Shown in pieces: positions 40,196 to 49,702 of a stretch of DNA of 64,000 bases (positions within the stretch are counted from its first letter, which is position 1; each line of letters opens with the position of its first letter). The notes beneath the pieces were generated by a model that was not told the origin of the DNA, ran no database searches, and saw nothing but the letters and a program-made list of their open reading frames with translations. Where the stretch lies: positions 66,381 through 130,380 of the IMG/VR virus record IMGVR_UViG_3300020411_003736; one strand, written 5' to 3'. Source of the stretch: a virus. The translations under genes and the position numbers were made by a program.

Positions 40196-43100
40196 TTATT
40201 TTTGGGTACTAGAAGTATTTCTTTCATTAGGATTTGATGGAACAAAAGGACCCTTTATTGCTCTTGATTTCTCTTCTTTTAAAAATTGTTCTACTGGATC
40301 TTTCAACCCTCTCATATAATAAATGAAATCTTTTTCTATTGATTCCAAAAATCCTTTATAATCTCCATCCCAACCTGAATCAATAATAGTTTTGGGGACA
40401 TATATAGCATTTATCGATACTTGATAACGATCTGTAGGTTTAAATGCATAATATTGATGTTTAGCACCATTAAATGGATAGGATATGAGGAAAATTGGGT
40501 TAAATAACTCCACATTATTTTTTCCCCAACCAGACTTTGTGTCTGTTGTTGTTTTACTTAGCGGACCATTTCTATAATCCGTATTCATCTTTTTCAAATC
40601 AATAATTTGAGAAAATATTTCATATAATCCGAGACCTTTCCTAGTAGAAGCTCCAAACTTATTCGTTACATGCTCTTCAACAAAATCCCATGCATCATAT
40701 AAAATAAGATTGGAAACATTAGATTTTATTTCTCCCCTTTTTTTGGTGTGAACCAATGGAAAATCATTCTTTGATCTTTCAAAAAGTTTTGTTTCATTCG
40801 GATAGTTTTTTTCGGAAAGTATATTATTCTGGCAAGCATAAATAAAAGCTACTTCTTCCAATCCATCTTTAGGTACTGTAAACTTAGTAAATAAATTTTT
40901 ATCCTTTATATCATTTCTATTTTTATTTGTCCCATCAAATGTATTTAACAAAATATCAAAGCCAGCATGTGAATCTTTTTTTATAGTATTAACTATTCCA
41001 TTTGTAAAATTTTTTCCTAAATCACCTTGTAATTCACGAGAATAATCAAGTCCCAATTTTACAATAATATCTTCTTGGTTAAGCTGAATTTTTTCTATTT
41101 TACTAGGTTTAGGTCTCATCATTGAATTATATGTCACTTCCCAACCATTTGTGTCAACTTTATGATCTATACCCACTATTTGAAAATAGACTCTTTCCTT
41201 ATAGCGTTCAGGTAAATAATTAACATTAAAAATATCACCAATCTGTAGCAAATTATTACCATAAACAGTAACTGATAACTCTATAGGTAAAATTGGTGAT
41301 ATTGAAGTCTCTTTTTGCTTAAACATATTATTTCTTTTAGCTAAACCTTTATAATATTCTTTACCTGTACTAGCTGTAATTATCACCTTTCCCTTTTCAT
41401 CTTCATTAGGATCCAAATCCATAGGAGCTGGTGGTATCGTATCTCTACTATCTTTCGCAATACCAGCCTTTATCCTTTCAACATTTTCATTATATACACT
41501 TAAAGCTCTTCCGAATCCATCAGTACTTGTTGTATCATTCTTTAAGCCTGGCTTTAACTTACCAAAATCAATACTCACTGTAGTATATTCATCAAACTCA
41601 TTACTACCACCAATATCTGGTAAACTTTTCAAAAGAACATCTTTTCCCTCAAACTTTGGTCCTAAAACTTTTAATAAATTTAATGTCTTTAATATCCCCT
41701 CATCAAATTGATGATTATCAAAGCCAGAATTACTTATTGCCAACATACTTGCCATCCCAGCCTTTGGTGTCTGATATTTCAAATCAAAGTTTTTTACAAA
41801 ACCATTTCCACTAGTGAGGTCAAATATAAATTTTACATCTTCGGGTAAAGGTTCATTTACATCATAAAATCCTATCTGAGAACCAGCATCAATCAATTGT
41901 TTTTCACCATTAATTCTCGTACCTAAATCTTTTTTAGGACTAGCCATCTTTATCTTCCAAATATTCTGTGATTCTGAATTTATGGTTTCCCAAATATGTT
42001 CTAAAGCATCATTTACATTATGTTTTCTATTAAAAGCTGAAACAATTAAGGATGTTTTAATAAACAATTCTCTAATTGGTATAACCCCATTAGCAACATC
42101 ATCTTCAAAAGTTGGATTCGGATCACCATTGTAAGATTTTTCCCAACCATCAATGGTTGGTAATAAAAACGATTGTAACTTCTCACCCTTCGCCAAAGGT
42201 TGTGTTTGTACTTTATATAAATCAGAACTATATCTTATTCTACTTTTTGATGAATCAAAACCATAAGTTAATTTCTCATCAGGTGTCTTAGATACTGTTT
42301 CACCATCTTTCATTGTAACCACACTCTTTACAAAGTTGTTTAAAAACAAATCCTCAAATAAACCATAACAGATATATAAAGACTCTTCCTCTTCACCAAC
42401 CTCATTTTCCTCATTAGCCTTTACTGCATATCTTGAATAATATCCTTTACCACTACCACGATAGTCTAAAATATCTTGATAATAAACTCCCCTCTTTATA
42501 TCCTCTTCCCCCAAAACACCCAAAGCTGTTGGGTTTGTATATGAATCAAAAAAAGCCATTGAAGCTTCACTATAATCATTTACATCAAATGGATTTTCTT
42601 TAAGACCTTCATATTTTCGTAAAATTTCATCATTACCAGTCAAATATGATATAATAACATCTTCCAACATATTAGAAAATAAAAATTTCAAAGAATTATC
42701 TTCCGTTACCTCAGCATCCAACAATGAATAATTTCGTGAAACCATCTCCACTGAACATTTATAACTTCCCAATTCTGTAACACTAGCGTCATATTTTCTA
42801 ACAACACCTATTACAACCTCTAATTCACCCAAATTATCATGAACATTTTTCTTTATATCAGTATCAAACTTCTCCATAGACAATGTACCATCACTAATCA
42901 TTTTTTGTGGATCATACAATTTGTATCTTTCAGTACTCCATCCGAAGTCTACACAAACCATTGCGCCTGGCCTCAGAAAAAATGGTAGGAATATTTCCTC
43001 AAAATCCCTTTTGTTATGAACCTCAAACTCCACATTAGTAGATCTAAGAGCACCCAACGCACCCTCAGATTTAGAAGATATGGAAGTGATGCCGGCAGTT

Positions 43101-43411
43101 GGTTTTAAAAACTGATTGCTTATATTTTGTTTTTGATATTCACTAGATTCTAAAATATTATGCTGTTCGTAATTAAAACCTCTATTTTCATTTACAGAAT
43201 GAAATACTGTTTTATGATCACTCGAACCACTTATTGTAATTCGTGTAGCAGTCCACATTCTGGCAAATGGTGTCCTACCACCCAAATAATCATCATAATT
43301 TGGATTCACACTATCCAAAGGTGCTACAGAACCTGATAGTTGTATTGAACTTAATTTTTTTAGGACATTTTCAGGAGGGTTTCCTCCAAATATTCTTTTT
43401 TCTGTGGACAT
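40196..43411 (-). CDS. Baseplate hub-like protein
   Basis: 1071 aa after the LysM gene; AGITSI, LRPG..V.V.FGWS, P.ELSVT.YG..IGD.F.V.YLP..Y. Confidence 0.65.
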   Translation of the reverse strand: MSTEKRIFGGNPPENVLKKLSSIQLSGSVAPLDSVNPNYDDYLGGRTPFARMWTATRITISGSSDHKTVFHSVNENRGFNYEQHNILESSEYQKQNISNQFLKPTAGITSISSKSEGALGALRSTNVEFEVHNKRDFEEIFLPFFLRPGAMVCVDFGWSTERYKLYDPQKMISDGTLSMEKFDTDIKKNVHDNLGELEVVIGVVRKYDASVTELGSYKCSVEMVSRNYSLLDAEVTEDNSLKFLFSNMLEDVIISYLTGNDEILRKYEGLKENPFDVNDYSEASMAFFDSYTNPTALGVLGEEDIKRGVYYQDILDYRGSGKGYYSRYAVKANEENEVGEEEESLYICYGLFEDLFLNNFVKSVVTMKDGETVSKTPDEKLTYGFDSSKSRIRYSSDLYKVQTQPLAKGEKLQSFLLPTIDGWEKSYNGDPNPTFEDDVANGVIPIRELFIKTSLIVSAFNRKHNVNDALEHIWETINSESQNIWKIKMASPKKDLGTRINGEKQLIDAGSQIGFYDVNEPLPEDVKFIFDLTSGNGFVKNFDLKYQTPKAGMASMLAISNSGFDNHQFDEGILKTLNLLKVLGPKFEGKDVLLKSLPDIGGSNEFDEYTTVSIDFGKLKPGLKNDTTSTDGFGRALSVYNENVERIKAGIAKDSRDTIPPAPMDLDPNEDEKGKVIITASTGKEYYKGLAKRNNMFKQKETSISPILPIELSVTVYGNNLLQIGDIFNVNYLPERYKERVYFQIVGIDHKVDTNGWEVTYNSMMRPKPSKIEKIQLNQEDIIVKLGLDYSRELQGDLGKNFTNGIVNTIKKDSHAGFDILLNTFDGTNKNRNDIKDKNLFTKFTVPKDGLEEVAFIYACQNNILSEKNYPNETKLFERSKNDFPLVHTKKRGEIKSNVSNLILYDAWDFVEEHVTNKFGASTRKGLGLYEIFSQIIDLKKMNTDYRNGPLSKTTTDTKSGWGKNNVELFNPIFLISYPFNGAKHQYYAFKPTDRYQVSINAIYVPKTIIDSGWDGDYKGFLESIEKDFIYYMRGLKDPVEQFLKEEKSRAIKGPFVPSNPNERNTSSTQK

Positions 43412-43692
43412 TACTTTAGTTTAGCTTCGTCTAATGATATCGGTACTCTGATTTGAGTTCCAGCTTCAATATTATTTGTCTTTAGTTTATTTACTGAAGC
43501 TATGAACCACCAAAACGAACTATCTCCATAATATTGTTGAGCTAACAAATCACATCTATCACCAGCCGTAGCTATTAATAACAAATCTGAATTCTTTTCC
43601 TCTACTTTTCTAAATTGTGCGGTAGATAACGAAGAACCTGTTCTTTTTTCATCATCAATATCAATTCTACTTATTTGTTCATACCTACTCAT
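43411..43692 (-). CDS. LysM-type baseplate wedge protein (gp53/P2 X-like)
   Basis: GDRCDLLAQQYYGD..WWFIA..N, G.QIRVP. Confidence 0.85.
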   Translation of the reverse strand: MSRYEQISRIDIDDEKRTGSSLSTAQFRKVEEKNSDLLLIATAGDRCDLLAQQYYGDSSFWWFIASVNKLKTNNIEAGTQIRVPISLDEAKLK

Positions 43693-43706
43693 TGATTATA
43701 ACTCCT

Positions 43707-45686
43707 TTATCCTTGGTATCCATAAAATCCACCTTTTTGATTTAATTGTGGTGGCTTTTTGTTCAATATCTGATAACTTATAGCCACATCAATCAATTTA
43801 GGTAAATTTGTATCAGCATCCCAATCTCCACTATCACCAACAGTATAGGATAATGATTTAAGAAATCCAAATTGCCCCTTCTTCCGTGTTCCAATATGTG
43901 CCATATAAAGCTCTGTAAATGGGGCTTTCATTCTTGTTAGCGAATTAGAATTTACATCATCTTCATATTTAGGATATGCTAAACTTGTCAATCTATCTAT
44001 CTTTTCATACATAGATGTCAATTCATCTTTATTATTGGGATATAATCTCAAATTAAAACTTAAATCCCTATCCCCTCTTTCATACAAATAAACAGGTTCA
44101 CTTCTACCGATATAGTTTGTTGATGTAAATGATGGGTTTGCATTTTCCGTTATACCAGTCACAAATCCTCTGAAATATATAAATTGATTATCTCTCAAAT
44201 CCTTTATCCTAACATAGAAATCATTTGGTTTTAATTTAGTATCAAATTCTAACTTTTTCTCAACTACTTTTGATTTAGCAATAATATCATCTGTTTCATA
44301 TCTATTTTTAGGAATTTTGTATACTAAATTATTAAATGGTAATTTTTGTTTGGCCTTTGCAGTTTTTTTATTTAGTAATGGGTTTTCTGCTTTTGCATCG
44401 TTTTTAGATTGAACAGTACCCACTTCTACACTTACTGGATTTCTCTTTTCATCAAGACCGGTCATAGTAAAAGTTCTAAATCTTAATTTCTGCATTGGTA
44501 ATTGATTTATAACATCATTTGTAACACCCAATTGAAAAATCTTACTTAGTTCTTCTTGCCCAGATCTTACCAAAGTACCATAATTTAATACCAAAGTACC
44601 CACTCTTGGATTAGTCAATTTCTGATATGATGAATTTACAAAATTTAAAAATCCAGTGTTACCATATGTTGGTGTTGGTAAAGCTTTACCAAAAGAAATA
44701 GTATTACCCAATAATCTAGCATTGGATGTGTTTACTATACCCGAAACAGCCCCTTTAAAAGCTTGTTTAGCAGCCTCTTTTAATTGATTAAGTGTTTGGT
44801 TTAAACTAAAATCCGCTAAGGTAAAAGCTCTTGGATACTCTGGCCAAAGTCTCGTAGGTGATATGGTGAACACCGATGAGAAAGCAGCGGCAGTAACATT
44901 CTGTCTAGTTCTGAATTCACTTCCTGCCTGACTATCATAAAACTTATTCAACCTCGATATATCATCTTTCGAAGCATTGAATGGTATTAAATCTCTATTA
45001 TTACCTTCCTGTACCCCACCACTTTTTGTTATACCAATATTATTGACGATATATGGTTCTTTACCACGTAAAGTTTCAACAGAACTCATTATATCCATAT
45101 TACTCCAAGCCTGCCCTTTGGTGGATTCTAAAGTGTTTATGACTATCTTATTACCATTCTCATCTGTCCTACCAGTATCGATTAACTTCCTATCAAGCTT
45201 CGCTGTATGGTTCACATTATATAGTGTATCAAAAACGAAATCCCCCACACCCAATCTATTATCCTTCCCAATCTCAATGTTCAATTCTTTCTTTCTAACC
45301 TTAGGATCGATAACATTACCTGAATATCCACCATATAAGTCCAACTCTGCGTCACCACCCTTCCTATCCAAAGTGGTTGTACCATTGGATACAGTCTTTG
45401 CAATCGGGCTATCAATCTGCCCTTTTGTAATCTTATCAATATAAATTAAGTCATTGTGGCGATTCTGTGTACCAAAGCTATGTTCATCATCATCTATTAA
45501 TGATTGACCAGATTTTAATTGAAGTGATTTATTAGCAAAAACAGAATCCTTTATCGGTGTTTCCGAATAAGCACCAAATTCATTATTATCCAACTTATCA
45601 TTAACAATAGAATTTGCCTTATCAACCTTTTCCAAAGAATTTTGAGATATGTCACTAAATACGCTTGATAAATTTTCTAAACCCAT
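43707..45686 (-). CDS. Baseplate/tail-tube initiator-like protein
   Basis: C-terminal FRGF....E...Y.GR.EP.Y.Y..R.LSF domain; follows the tape measure gene. Confidence 0.6.
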   Translation of the reverse strand: MGLENLSSVFSDISQNSLEKVDKANSIVNDKLDNNEFGAYSETPIKDSVFANKSLQLKSGQSLIDDDEHSFGTQNRHNDLIYIDKITKGQIDSPIAKTVSNGTTTLDRKGGDAELDLYGGYSGNVIDPKVRKKELNIEIGKDNRLGVGDFVFDTLYNVNHTAKLDRKLIDTGRTDENGNKIVINTLESTKGQAWSNMDIMSSVETLRGKEPYIVNNIGITKSGGVQEGNNRDLIPFNASKDDISRLNKFYDSQAGSEFRTRQNVTAAAFSSVFTISPTRLWPEYPRAFTLADFSLNQTLNQLKEAAKQAFKGAVSGIVNTSNARLLGNTISFGKALPTPTYGNTGFLNFVNSSYQKLTNPRVGTLVLNYGTLVRSGQEELSKIFQLGVTNDVINQLPMQKLRFRTFTMTGLDEKRNPVSVEVGTVQSKNDAKAENPLLNKKTAKAKQKLPFNNLVYKIPKNRYETDDIIAKSKVVEKKLEFDTKLKPNDFYVRIKDLRDNQFIYFRGFVTGITENANPSFTSTNYIGRSEPVYLYERGDRDLSFNLRLYPNNKDELTSMYEKIDRLTSLAYPKYEDDVNSNSLTRMKAPFTELYMAHIGTRKKGQFGFLKSLSYTVGDSGDWDADTNLPKLIDVAISYQILNKKPPQLNQKGGFYGYQG

Positions 45687-45695
45687 TATATTCCT

Positions 45696-47978
45696 TTATT
45701 TCGTCAAAGACTTACCACCCATTGGCTGTGTTGCAGAATCCACAGCTATGGATAGTGTATTATTTTCCACACCCGTCTTCAAACTTATATTATCTGCTAT
45801 TGCTTTACCTATTTCAGCAGCTGATAGTGATTGATTGGTAGATGGGATTGGTGTGGTATGTCCAGGTATAATATCACCACCAAAAGTAGAATCATTTACT
45901 TTCTGAACAGGTATTGGATTGGTTGTTGCCAATACGGAATCTTTTGGATTAAGTTCAAAAGTTCCAGCAGGTCCCACCATATGTGATATTCCACCAGGAC
46001 CAGCATACATATCACCAACATTCTGTACCTTTGAAACACCACTTGCGTAGGCAGCAGTTAATGCACCTACAGCAATGATTCCCAATGGTATCCCCACCAA
46101 ACCTAAAGATGCAAATGCTGAAAATGTTGCTGCAATAGCTTTAGCCATCAATGCAAATGCTGTGATTTTAGCAGTGCCGGCTAAGACAGACATAAGAGCC
46201 TCACTTTCTCTCAACCCCGCTGCAATTCTTCCAAATATCGTCCCAAACATTTCAAAAGTAGGACCTAAAACTACAGTCAATTCAGCACCAAGAGCTTTTA
46301 TATTATTCAAAAATTGTGTAATCATACTTAAAGTGTCTTTACCCACTAAATTTTCAAAATTAGGTCCAGCTGCTAACATACTAGCTAAAGATGTTGCCTT
46401 TTCTTGCTCACCGACAAACTTAGATAACTCAGCAGTTGAAACACCTATGGATTTAGCCAAAGCCTCTCTTTGTATCACATTCAATCTATTGAATTCCTCT
46501 TCCGAACCCAATTGTGAAACAACATTAGCCATTGCACCAGATAAATCATTATTAAGTGCTAACTCCCTCGCCTTTTGAAAATTTAATTGTCTACCTAACA
46601 ACACAGAAGCTTCAACTTCAGCAGCCATCGAACTTTCAAAGTCCAATAATGATTTTGCAACTTTAGCACTTGTATCCAAAGAGACACCTAATGCTCTAGC
46701 TTGCACAGCAGCTTCAGCTATATTTTCTGCAGAACCAGTTGTGAAATCAGCTATACTTTCAGCTGAACCAGCAATATCCTTCATAACAGCTTGTGGTGCT
46801 ACACCAGCTTGTCTGGCTAATTGGAAAGTTCCTTCAGCAAGTGATTCGGCTTGTGTTCGAGATAAATTAGAAGTTTGCATCAACACACCAAAAAGATTAC
46901 CACCCTCTGCTGAAGTCAAACCCATAGCTATTGAAGAATCTAATATAGCCCCAGATAATTCAGCTGCATTATCAACATTAACTCCAAAATTGGAAGATAA
47001 AGTAGTAGTGAGTGCATTCAAATCCTCTATACTACCACCGATAACACCAGCTTCTACAGATGATTCTATCAATGTATCTCTGAAACCACTACCCATTACA
47101 GCCAAACTACCAAATTCTTTTCCTATAGAATCAACCATTCCTGCAAACTTATTAGCCATAGCAATCATTGATGCTAAGAAAGCAGTTGCAACCAAATAAC
47201 CACCAGTTGGAATATCCTCAGAAAATGCCTCACTGAATTCCATAGCCTTACTAGCTAATCCACCTGTTAGTTGGTCGAGAAAACTCATTTCACTTCTTTT
47301 CTGTTTTTGAGCCCTGAGTTGTTTTAGTTCCTCTTCTGTTACTTTTTGAAGCCTTTTCTCTATCTTTTCTGTGGTATCTAAATCTTCTATACGGATTCTA
47401 ACCTTCTCAGCTAAAGATTTCTTACCAGCATCTTCAGCAAGCGTCAATAACCTACCCCATTTAGCTTTTTCTTCCTGTATCCTAACTAATCTATCTTCAG
47501 ATAAAGTCTGTTGGTCGAGCATTCCACTTATATCATTGGTGCCTGTCATTATGGATTCAACAACACCTACCTGCTCTTGCATAATAGAGTTAACCACACG
47601 GTTTGAAGAGGCATGTCCTTTTATATCGTTTAAAATCTTAGATGAAGATTTATTTACAGCTGCTTTTAATTTTGCTACAGTACCACTTTGAGTTGCCATC
47701 TTTTTCTCTTCAACCACAGTCTTAGTGATAAGGCTGTTGAGAGTCTTCATGATGTCTGCATTTGCTTCTGTGGTTCGCTTTATCTCCCTATCAATACGAG
47801 CCTGCTCTCGCTTCTTCTCATTCTGTCTATCTAATACATCTTCTAGCTCTTTCTCTAACTTTAAAACTATTTCAGCATCTTTCTTACGAAGATTAGCACC
47901 CCTACTCATATCATTCATAAGAGCTCTTTGAGCCTCAAGTTCTTGTCTAATCTGTTTTTCTGTTCTTAAATCAGCCAT
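45696..47978 (-). CDS. Tape measure protein
   Basis: Ala/Gly-rich helical protein with N-terminal coiled coil and hydrophobic segments; follows tube and chaperone. Confidence 0.85.
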   Translation of the reverse strand: MADLRTEKQIRQELEAQRALMNDMSRGANLRKKDAEIVLKLEKELEDVLDRQNEKKREQARIDREIKRTTEANADIMKTLNSLITKTVVEEKKMATQSGTVAKLKAAVNKSSSKILNDIKGHASSNRVVNSIMQEQVGVVESIMTGTNDISGMLDQQTLSEDRLVRIQEEKAKWGRLLTLAEDAGKKSLAEKVRIRIEDLDTTEKIEKRLQKVTEEELKQLRAQKQKRSEMSFLDQLTGGLASKAMEFSEAFSEDIPTGGYLVATAFLASMIAMANKFAGMVDSIGKEFGSLAVMGSGFRDTLIESSVEAGVIGGSIEDLNALTTTLSSNFGVNVDNAAELSGAILDSSIAMGLTSAEGGNLFGVLMQTSNLSRTQAESLAEGTFQLARQAGVAPQAVMKDIAGSAESIADFTTGSAENIAEAAVQARALGVSLDTSAKVAKSLLDFESSMAAEVEASVLLGRQLNFQKARELALNNDLSGAMANVVSQLGSEEEFNRLNVIQREALAKSIGVSTAELSKFVGEQEKATSLASMLAAGPNFENLVGKDTLSMITQFLNNIKALGAELTVVLGPTFEMFGTIFGRIAAGLRESEALMSVLAGTAKITAFALMAKAIAATFSAFASLGLVGIPLGIIAVGALTAAYASGVSKVQNVGDMYAGPGGISHMVGPAGTFELNPKDSVLATTNPIPVQKVNDSTFGGDIIPGHTTPIPSTNQSLSAAEIGKAIADNISLKTGVENNTLSIAVDSATQPMGGKSLTK

Positions 47979-47998
47979 AAGTTAATCCCATTGTACTA

Positions 47999-48006
47999 AT
48001 AAATAT
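47999..48006 (-). promoter_or_regulatory. ATATTTAT late-promoter-like motif
   Basis: About 20 nt upstream of the tape measure ATG. Confidence 0.55.
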
Positions 48007-48015
48007 TAAATAGGA

Positions 48016-48249
48016 TTATTTCTTTGGATTGAATTTTCTTGGAATAGTAGGTGTTTTATTCTGTGATTGTGATTTTTTTATTTCATCATTCTGTTTTTTT
48101 ACAAAACTAGAATGTTCTCTGAAATAAAAGTTCCTTAAATGTACTGGCATATTGTACACATCATTATATGTAAAGCCAGGATTGGAATGTATAAAGTAAA
48201 AAAGGTTTTTATGTATATCTAACTTATTAGATGGTTGTAGGCCAAAAAA
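48016..48249 (-). CDS. Frameshift extension of tail assembly chaperone (GT/gp51-like)
   Basis: Open +1 frame from the T7 run: FFGLQPSNKLDIHKNLFYFIHSNPGFTYNDVYNMPVHLRNFYFREH...KK*. Confidence 0.65.
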   Translation of the reverse strand, partial: FFGLQPSNKLDIHKNLFYFIHSNPGFTYNDVYNMPVHLRNFYFREHSSFVKKQNDEIKKSQSQNKTPTIPRKFNPKK

Positions 48250-48982
48250 ACTCTACTGTCAGCGGAATTGACACGCTAACAGACTCACCTCCCATCTCTA
48301 CTTCCGATGTCAAATCAATATCGGGAGTTATATCACGAACAAGATTTCTCAAAGCCATAGAATCTCTGGCTAACATGTTCTGTGAAAACTCATTAATGGT
48401 TTCTTTCTTTGAATCACCATCCACTTCTGTAATCATATACCTAAGTCTGGTTGTTATCTCTGATTGATATCCAACCTTTGCAGCTTCTTGTATATCCTTT
48501 GTGATCATCTGTTCTTCTACACCTGTGAGTAATTTAAACTTTAACTTTTGTTTTCCAATTGGTGTGGTGTAGTCAAATGAATTTTCAGAATAATCAATAT
48601 CTTTAGGTAATTCTTTAAATGGACATTTTGTTAAATCAAAAGTATGTTCTACTTTTTGAGTTAAATCATTTGGATTACTTACTTCCGCTGTATATTCAGG
48701 TCCATAAGCCAAAATTCTAGCTGCAACCAATACAGCATTTTTATCCCCTAAGAGTAAATCTTCTTGCTTAACCCCTTTAGTTACAATCAAACTTTGTAAT
48801 AATCTATCTATAACAACTCCTTTCTTAATAAGATTTTCGGACATTAATATGTCCTCTTCACGAGTTGTCATATACTTTATTTCAATTTTACCTTCCGATA
48901 AAGGCGAGTCTTTTGGATACACCTTACCTTGAGATGGTAAATCTATTAATTCCGTAGGAAATTTACTTTCTGCCATAACCAT
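48227..48982 (-). CDS. Baseplate hub assembly / tail assembly chaperone (T4 gp26-like)
   Basis: LPSQG..Y, MT.REED, GD..A.L.AAR...YG, C-terminal FFWP; between tube and tape measure. Confidence 0.78.
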   Translation of the reverse strand: MVMAESKFPTELIDLPSQGKVYPKDSPLSEGKIEIKYMTTREEDILMSENLIKKGVVIDRLLQSLIVTKGVKQEDLLLGDKNAVLVAARILAYGPEYTAEVSNPNDLTQKVEHTFDLTKCPFKELPKDIDYSENSFDYTTPIGKQKLKFKLLTGVEEQMITKDIQEAAKVGYQSEITTRLRYMITEVDGDSKKETINEFSQNMLARDSMALRNLVRDITPDIDLTSEVEMGGESVSVSIPLTVEFFWPTTI

Positions 48983-49003
48983 TTACCTTTGTGTTTTTGT
49001 AAA

Positions 49004-49168
49004 CTATTTCTTTTTTGATACCATTGAGACTACTGCCTGCCAAATTGGTGTAATTATAGTATCAAAGATAATATCATCCTGTTTTGAAGGTGATAATTTT
49101 ACTATCTTTTCTAATGTATAAAAACCAAGCAGGCACCATTCCCAATTTTCTGATAGCCATTCAATCAT
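49004..49168 (-). CDS. Small membrane protein, holin-like (54 aa)
   Basis: Manual translation MIEWLSENWEWCLLGFYTLEKIVKLSPSKQDDIIFDTIITPIWQAVVSMVSKKK; starts right after the gp19 stop. Confidence 0.6.
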   Translation of the reverse strand: MIEWLSENWEWCLLGFYTLEKIVKLSPSKQDDIIFDTIITPIWQAVVSMVSKKK

Positions 49169-49660
49169 TTAGAATTCCAGTATCGCGTAATCATAACGCA
49201 GTGTTAATGTAATCTCTACAGGATCTGATGAACTAAAATCTAAATCACCAAAAGATGCATCCTGAATATATGTACCATAAAGTGTCCATTTTTCAACGAT
49301 GTCACCGACAGGACCCAAAACTTGAAAGTTTATGTTCTTTTTATAGAAGTCTTGATACCCATCACGACCAGTAGCTGATTCATGATGTAATCTAATCCAT
49401 TCGATAACAGCAGAAGAAGCTGAAGGAACGATTGGATCATATAGAGTAATCTGTAGAGTTTGCCAACGACCTTTACCTTTGACATATTTGGTAATATTCA
49501 TATGCTCCAATTGAACTTCATCAAAAGTAATTTGTGGTCTTTGAGCTGTTTTAATCATAAAAGCAGGTATTCCACCGATTTCCATGATAAACCGATTTTT
49601 TAGCTTCGGTTCATATGGTGTGTAAAATATCTTACTCGCTTCTAATAATTCATTAGCCAT
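49169..49660 (-). CDS. gp19: Tail tube protein
   Basis: EPKLKNRF, YDPI.PS, EW, GD.VEKW.L.G, LRYDYA; follows the sheath gene. Confidence 0.9.
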   Translation of the reverse strand: MANELLEASKIFYTPYEPKLKNRFIMEIGGIPAFMIKTAQRPQITFDEVQLEHMNITKYVKGKGRWQTLQITLYDPIVPSASSAVIEWIRLHHESATGRDGYQDFYKKNINFQVLGPVGDIVEKWTLYGTYIQDASFGDLDFSSSDPVEITLTLRYDYAILEF

Positions 49661-49679
49661 TTATTTTCTCCATATAATA

Positions 49680-49687
49680 ATAAATAT
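49680..49687 (-). promoter_or_regulatory. ATATTTAT late-promoter-like motif
   Basis: Upstream of gp19, followed by a GGAG RBS. Confidence 0.6.
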
Positions 49688-49702
49688 CAGATTCCAAAAT
49701 TT

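Noticed and set aside
48217-48250. Canonical -1 frameshift in the tail chaperone
   Set aside because: The -1 frame reaches TAG within about 7 codons; only the +1/-2 frame is open
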